Shown here piece after piece: positions 23,133 to 29,629 of a stretch of 29,629 nucleotides of DNA. Source of the DNA: Perkinsus olseni (taxonomy: Eukaryota); assembly GCA_013115125.1 (NCBI GenBank), contig JABANN010000011.1, positions 124,001-153,629 on the forward strand, in the 5' to 3' direction. Both the position numbers and the translations under genes were made by a program. Positions within the stretch are counted from its first letter, which is position 1. Every line of letters starts with the position of its first letter. Below the pieces are notes generated by a model, which saw nothing but the letters and a program-made list of their open reading frames with translations, ran no database searches and had not been told where the DNA came from.

Positions 23133-24080
23133 ATGTCTGCGGTTACTGATAAGATTGTAAAGGCTCCCGGCCGTGCCCTCACTGAGTTGGAGCAGAATGT
23201 CGCCAGGGCTATGACTGAGATCGAGGCCAGCAACATCGAGATGAAGGTCCTCCTTAAGTAGTACTCGGACGGAAGGACAGTTCGTGGTCTTATTATTGTG
23301 TCGGCATTTCATCTCTTCCCTTAGCTCGCCTGGTTTAGACCATTGTTATCGTAATCCTCTTCGTTGGTGTTCTCGTGATGTCGTACGGGTCTCAATTTCG
23401 ATGTTCGCTATGAGCAATGCCCGTGTTTTGTCGTGAAGTATGTTCGTTGTCAGGGGCATCGTCTTCGCTTCCGCCAAGGAGGTCGAGGTCAAGGCTGACA
23501 GGAAGGCCATCGTTGTCTTCTTCCCCGCCAGGGTAGTACGGGCGGTCGAGTCTTGCTGCTTTTCCCGCTATGTTTCTCGTGTGGAGACGAGCCCGCCCTG
23601 CTCGATTCAACTGCGTGCTTTCAGGTCTGGAAGGCCGTCCAGAAGGTCCAGGGTCGCTTGATCCACGAGCTCGAGAAGAAGTTCCCCAAGCAGCAGGTTA
23701 TGTTTGTTGCCCAGAGGACCATCCTCGACAAGGACTTCCGTCGCCGCGGCCTTAAGGTCCGCCCGCGCAGCCGTACTCTCACTTCCGTTCACGAGGCCAT
23801 GCTCGATGACATCGTCGGACCCGCTGAGATCACTGGCAAGAGGACTCACGTCTCCACTGATGGCCGCAAGACCCTTAAAGTGTAATAGTCCAAGCCTGCG
23901 CTATGCTACTTGTTCGATTCTTCTAATCTCCCTTGCGCTGCTCTGTTCTGCTTGTATTCTCTCTTCCTTTTCAGTATCCTTGAGCAGACTGATGCCCACC
24001 AGGAGGACAGGTTCGCAGCCTACTCTGCTGTGTACATGAAGCTCACCAACAAGCCCGCTCTCTTTATGTTCGAGGCTTAA
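23133..24080 (+). CDS. RPS7: 40S ribosomal protein S7 (eS7), four exons
   Basis: [31 protein letters not shown].../[32 protein letters not shown]...[45 protein letters not shown]; first intron 23258-23453. Confidence 0.96.
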
Positions 24081-24643
24081 AGAGGGTATAGATGGCGTCG
24101 TAACGGTTACGTACCACTAGCAATCCGAGCCAAGAACATCATATACTGTTTTGAGTTCAGTGGTTATTATGCTCTATCATGGGGGATTAGAACTCAGGTG
24201 GGGAGTTTAATACTGCTCTGCGGCGTTCGATCTGTGGACTCCATTCCTCGTGTGATCTGGAAAGTTTCCACTGGAAACCTATAGTGAACGTCTACTATAT
24301 CGTACATACCATGTCGGACGTGGCGAGTAATCGACAGAGAGATTAATATTGCCTTTTCTGGTAGTGAGTGGTTACTCATCGGTCGTTCCTGAATCTTCTG
24401 TGAGAACTTCCCCACCGCTTGCGGGGTGAATTCTCAGTCTACTTGGCCCATGCCATTATCGTTAGTGTAAGCCCGAGAATAGTACGGTAGTGCCGGCAAG
24501 TGTCTGGTTCTTCGGAGCGCGTTGGACGAACACGACTATCAACCAACTCAACGACACTTAGTTTAGAATAGCCCCTTGCATTTGGGTAGACATATTGCAA
24601 TTAGTCAACTGTAAAGAGTGAATCTTGTGGTGGTGTGGCGTGC

Positions 24644-25339
24644 TCAGACGCTATTCTCAAGGACTGCACTCGCTGGATCTATTTTACCGCTCTTGAGCAA
24701 GTCCAGGTGCTTACGTAGCTGATCAACTGACGCTAGATTCAATCCTAGCGGCGGGTCGAGTCGTCGTGCCTGACTCGAGTTCATTCTTCGGAAAAGAACA
24801 GTCGTATCGGGTCCAGTTGCCTACCGCATAGTATTCTCTAATTCGTCCGATAAGTTCCTGTTTCTTAGCCGCCTCCGTCATTTGAGCAGCCTTCTCGGAG
24901 CTGCCCAAACCTCGGCCCTGATTCTCCTGCATTCGGGAGCGAAATGATGCATCTAGTACGTAAGGTCGCCAGCCTTACCTTCATTCGACGCTCTGCTGCT
25001 TCGGCTGCTGCTTGTCGTTTCTCCTCCGCTGTCATTTCAAGTGTATTATACCCGTTACCAGTCGGTCTACCTACAGACCACACACGGTGCCACATGGCGA
25101 CAAAGCCAGATCCGACCAAGGCCCATCCCCCCTTACCGGAACCCCAACTCGTCCGTCCAGAGGATCTGCCTCCTGGCCCTTCGAGCCGGGAATACTCTTG
25201 CGCTTGCAACCGCCTCGCATAATCATAATCCTGCCAGATGGACCAGTGAGGTGTAGCCCGCGGAGAGTGGCTCTCTTACCGATTGCCGCTTCCTCGGCTG
25301 CGAGGTGCTAACCGAATCCGTTGAGCAACACGCTCCCAT
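24644..25339 (-). CDS. SVIP-like (small VCP/p97-interacting) acylated protein, multi-exon
   Basis: Spliced: MGACCSTDSVSTSQPRKRQS/DYDYARRLQAQEY.../...EEKRQAAAEAAERRMK/ENQGRG...KKQELIGRIREYYA/ARRLDPPLGLNLASVDQLRKHLDLLK...NSV*. MGxCC acylation signal and VIM motif Rx5AAx2R. Confidence 0.75.
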
Positions 25340-25476
25340 TAGATGAAATACAAAACCGTGAAACTTCTACATACGTAGGGACCGCGGAGCCAAGACAACG
25401 GATTGAGTCGACTGTAACGCCACAACAGGAGTGAGAGCATCAAACAAGTCTGAATCGTCGGGAAGCATGTGTCTTG

Positions 25477-27872
25477 TCACATCTTAGAGAGATCACGGCC
25501 ATACATATGGGCCTTTATCCAGTCCCAAATGACCAAGTGCCGACACCTGAAGGGCAGGGGCGATTCAGCCATCCCAAGAAGGATCCAGTTCACCTCCAGG
25601 AGACCATCTTGCTCGCATACACGCCTCGCCAAAGAGCAAAGGTGGACACACCAGTGATGTTCCCTGAGACCGGTGATCAAGGGAGGAAAGGCACGTGGGA
25701 CCCACCTGCAAGGGGGCTCTGCACGACGGCCCGCGAACCTCCGACGTAGCTCATCATGCCCTTGTCATTCCTCTCGAAAGGGGTCGTCGTTCTACCACTG
25801 AGGTACTCGGCTAGCCACTCGCCTGAGGTCAATAGTCCACAGCAGCGTGTGTCGAACAATCTTGCCTTGTTGAGAAGCAACCTGGGCTGTTGCTGGCATC
25901 GCCTTGTAGCTCGACTGCATATTCGCGAGCACCTACAGCATGTTCCGTTGGACCTCACCAGTCCGGCTCTTCCGAAATACTTTCTCCCAAAGGTCATGAG
26001 TGAGGTACTCTAGAGGCTTCCCATCATTGTAAGTATCAGCGTGATGCTTCCAGCGCTCCTCAGGACCGGCTCCTTGCAGAAGCGGGAACCTTCCAATCCC
26101 CGACTGTGGGACAATAATCGAGGGCATCGATCACCTCTCTCGAATCTTTCTATAAATAACTTTGTACTCTTCAAAAGATATCTTGCCATCCTGGTTGATG
26201 TCAGCCTCATCGAACAGGGACTCAGCTAGCGAGAGCAACTCCGGTTCAGCCACGCCAGCCTGTGCAGGAAAATCTCACTGGTGTCGGTAAAAATTCGGGA
26301 GAAGCTACGCAGTCGCCAATTGCGAAGAGGTCTCCTTTGCCGCCGAGGACCTCGAGGTACGGTGTGGTTTTAAGTAAGCGGCCGTTCTCTGGCTGGCAGT
26401 CTTTCAGCTGGGATATCTGCCACTTGCGGATTCACACAGCGCCACCGGGGTGATTTGCGACTACCAGATCCTTCGTGAAAGGCCTAGGCGCAATTCCCGC
26501 CGCCCAAACACATACTCCGAATCTGAACAGGGCTCCCCTGGTTAGCCTGGCGTGCGCCAGACTCACGGGATCCTGCGTTCTTCCTGCGTGGCCATGTCCT
26601 GCACTACAACAGCTGAGGCCTCCACAGCTTTCACCCTGAGGACAAAGATACTCTCAAGCACTGAGAAAACCACGATCCCTAACCCTGGCCACCAGTGAAA
26701 CATTGTTCTCCTCCATTGATGAGTACTACCTCGAGTTTTTGACCACTTCGATGTCAATCCGCTTGAAGTGGTCGGTAGCGTAGCGTGATATGGCAGCATC
26801 GAATGTGTTGAGGATATTCTCCGCAGACTGTATAACCGAGACTTTCGCTAAACTGAGAAGCCAAGGGTCCTTCACAAACGAAGCCAGTCCATGGACATGC
26901 TGAAGCTCGGCCTCACTGCGCGACTTCCCAGTACGCCTGGCTGATTTCTTCCCGGATGAAGTCCCTCAATTCCGCCGCAAACTCCACCCCAGTGGGCCCT
27001 CCGCCGACCTGAATGCAACGAAGCCTCTCGGTGAGAAAACATTCCGAAGATCACATTACCACTACGAAGTGCAGGAGTTCTCTCTTGCGCTCGTCCGACG
27101 TCGCGGTACAAGCAGTCTCAAATGAGTCGAGGACGTTCTTCCGAATCAAACGCGCATGATCCATCTCCTTTAAAAAATGTGTGTACTCCAGAACTCCTGG
27201 GACTCCCATTGTGTTCGGCTGAGCCCCGACTGCCACGACCAGCTTATCGTACGGAACCTATGCAGATTACTCGGATGAGCTCACAATCGCCATCAAGCCT
27301 CGTTGCCTCCAACAGGTCATCCGTGGCTTTTATCGAAGTAATGTCCTCACAATAGCATACCTGAGCCACGGGACTCACATTGACACGAAACTGCCGCGGG
27401 CCCACCTTGCGGGCCAAATCCAAGTGCTTGGCATCCACTTCAAGGTATCGTGTGTTTTGCAGGCCTGTTTTCTTGTTCTTCTTCATAACAATCTTCCTAA
27501 GGGGTTCTATTATACTCCTCGGCTCGTTTGTACCTAGCCGAGTACAACGGTCCTCCCGACAGATCAATCTTTTCCTACCAACTGTGACAGACGGCAGCAG
27601 AGGCGTGAACAGGAAGTAGTTCCTCGGCGACACGACTGACGAGAGAAGGCATGACGCTCGGATGGCAGGGCTATGCCAGACTTACGCGTAACACTATCCC
27701 ATTTTGATGTATCAAGTTTTTTTAGGAGGGAGTATCCTCCCCATCCACTCCCGAGGATAACCAAATTACCCCCGGGCTCGAGTGGTGTCATGTTAGACAT
27801 CCACCTGTGCGAAAATGCTCTACAAGTCGAGCATGCTCGAACTGCCGCTCGGGAGGGCCAGTTGAGTAGCAT
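25477..27872 (-). CDS. NDH2: Type II (alternative) NAD(P)H:quinone oxidoreductase, multi-exon
   Basis: Arg/Ser-rich presequence [95 protein letters not shown]; ends [14 protein letters not shown]. Confidence 0.95.
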
Positions 27873-28305
27873 TGAGCGTTATAAGAAAAATCTGAACGTA
27901 ATACCTGGGGTCAACGATGGCCACCAACTTCCACGAGAGCTTCATAGGCGAGCATACACGAACTACCGTATACTCGCGAACAGCTTCTCCATTCCACCGG
28001 TCGCTACGATGGTTCCTGTTGCATTCAGTCAGCACAATGACGGATGATAAGATACAGCAAGGGGCGAAGAGGACGTTTGAGCTACGTACGCAAAGTCAGC
28101 GAACAAGGAAATCCCCCAAACGAACGGTACTACGTAGATGAGAGACCTTCTGACACGTTACCCACACAACACAACCGATGGGACGGTTGATAGTGATAAA
28201 AGCAGTAAGTCACGTTTTGGACCTTTGATACATACGTAGCTCAGATTGGTAAAGTCGGAAATAGCTTATGGAGGTGGGGCACAACCCAGTAGTAGGAAAA
28301 GCACC

Positions 28306-29629
28306 TTACACGTACTTAGAGCTAGCGAGCATGCATTCCACTTCTTCCCACACTTCTCCGAAGTCTTGAAGAGCATGAACCAAGCAGTCGAGGGCATGGT
28401 GCTCCACACCAACTCCTTGAAGGTCAGACTGCAGGCACGAAATGGTCCGCATAACCGAGTCGCTGACATCAGCCATCTTGAACTTCCGCGTTTTCACGGC
28501 TGCCACAAGAAGGTCGGACCTTCGACGAATGACGTTGCTCACGAGTAACAAGTCGCGTTCAGCAGGGAGGGGAAACCCAGACCCAGCGGCGAGGCCAGTA
28601 GTCGCCAGGCAAGTAGTTACAGCAGATATTACGGCCAAAGATTGCCTCGTCCACCGATCCAGCAGATGCTGAGCCGCGACCAAATGGCCAAGCTGCAAGT
28701 GTCTGGTAGGAGACAAATACCGCAGAGCCTGGCACTCGGCCCTAGCATCGGCAATCTGAGCATGCCGGTCAGAATAGCTCCTACCGAGAAGGATAGCGGC
28801 ACTCAGTACATCCTTGCTCAGGGCCTCACGGTTCCATGGAGTCTCATTGACCACAGACTCGCACGCGTTGGCAACCGAATTAGAAACAAGCTCAAGCGAG
28901 CGCACTGTCGCTCTGCGCAAACGCTTGTTGGCAAATACAGGAGAAATCAAGGAGGTAAGGATGATCGAAAGAATAACGCCGGCGACGGTCATGTCCATCC
29001 GATGAACGGCGCGCGAGACCTTGCTGCCAACGGGCAAGCCAGCGTCGATTCCGGGACCTAGCCCTACAATAATCCAAGTGAAGCCAAAAACTAATCCTGA
29101 ATATTGCAGAGTTTCGTGGAAGAACATCAACTTTGCTATGACAGAAAAGACAAAAAGCTCACACAGAAAGATACCGTCGTTGTTGGGATGCATACTAACA
29201 CATACTACTGCCAAAACAGAAGCTACAACAGTGCCCACAATACGCCTGAGCCCTTTCCGGATAGACGCACCGGGTGTGGGCAGAAAACAGAATAGACAAG
29301 GAAGCATCATCCACAGGCCATAGTGGGCGAGTATGGTAGAGTACTGCCCACCAATGACGATGAATAGAGCGACCAGAGGAACAGTGACCGCGGCCCTCAA
29401 CGGGTAGGCGAAGCGAACCCTCCAGGTAATCTCAGGATTGACCGGCGCAAACAGAGGCTGTCTGAACCAGTCAACGATCTCAGCAACACACGAGGATTCT
29501 TCGCTCGGGCTCTTGACTCGGACGAGGAACTCGTGAGCCAGAAGAGAAAACTTCACCATTTCATTCACGGCAAATTCAAAGTTGCTCAACTCTGGACCAG
29601 TCGAGATATCAGCTCGAGCGAGACATTCT
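28306..29629 (-). CDS. ALMT/FUSC (aromatic acid exporter) superfamily membrane protein, 5'-partial
   Basis: Frame is open to the window edge; about six hydrophobic segments with PTPGASIRKGLRRIVGTVVAS (ALMT/FUSC-type GxxxxKGxxRxxGT) and AVHRMDMTVAGV...LISPVFA, followed by a helical soluble tail. Confidence 0.8.
   Translation of the reverse strand, partial: ECLARADISTGPELSNFEFAVNEMVKFSLLAHEFLVRVKSPSEESSCVAEIVDWFRQPLFAPVNPEITWRVRFAYPLRAAVTVPLVALFIVIGGQYSTILAHYGLWMMLPCLFCFLPTPGASIRKGLRRIVGTVVASVLAVVCVSMHPNNDGIFLCELFVFSVIAKLMFFHETLQYSGLVFGFTWIIVGLGPGIDAGLPVGSKVSRAVHRMDMTVAGVILSIILTSLISPVFANKRLRRATVRSLELVSNSVANACESVVNETPWNREALSKDVLSAAILLGRSYSDRHAQIADARAECQALRYLSPTRHLQLGHLVAAQHLLDRWTRQSLAVISAVTTCLATTGLAAGSGFPLPAERDLLLVSNVIRRRSDLLVAAVKTRKFKMADVSDSVMRTISCLQSDLQGVGVEHHALDCLVHALQDFGEVWEEVECMLASSKYV

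Noticed and set aside
24401..24646. Selenoprotein idea: TGA stop of a p97 adaptor plus downstream hairpin as SECIS
   Set aside because: The hairpin lacks the non-Watson-Crick UGA/GA quartet, and the TGA context is unlike SelK or SelS.
28471..28480. AGCCATCTTG, matching part of the Perkinsus spliced leader
   Set aside because: Only 10 nt, antisense within a coding exon; consistent with chance.

Overview
Gene-dense eukaryotic DNA with many short (about 30-60 nt) GT-AG introns; architecture and gene families suggest an alveolate, most likely Perkinsus (inference). Left to right: a partial secreted pepsin-like protein lacking its first catalytic DTG; two weakly supported hypothetical genes; a ~9 kb SMG1-type PIKK kinase gene (the ORF track splits it into many pieces, but the exons join through to a FATC domain); a sphingolipid synthase; an F-box-like ORF; a Thr-rich microprotein; CTP synthase; an unexplained ~350 nt highly foldable region; two initiator tRNA-Met genes flanking a truncated copy; head-to-head RPL5/RPS7 around a centred 18-bp palindrome; an SVIP-like protein; a type II NAD(P)H dehydrogenase with the NADPH-type Gln; and a partial ALMT/FUSC-like transporter. 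Exon models were built by hand and family calls rest on motif recognition, not database searches. I found no clearly novel multi-gene system; the best leads are the structured region and the palindromic bidirectional promoter.
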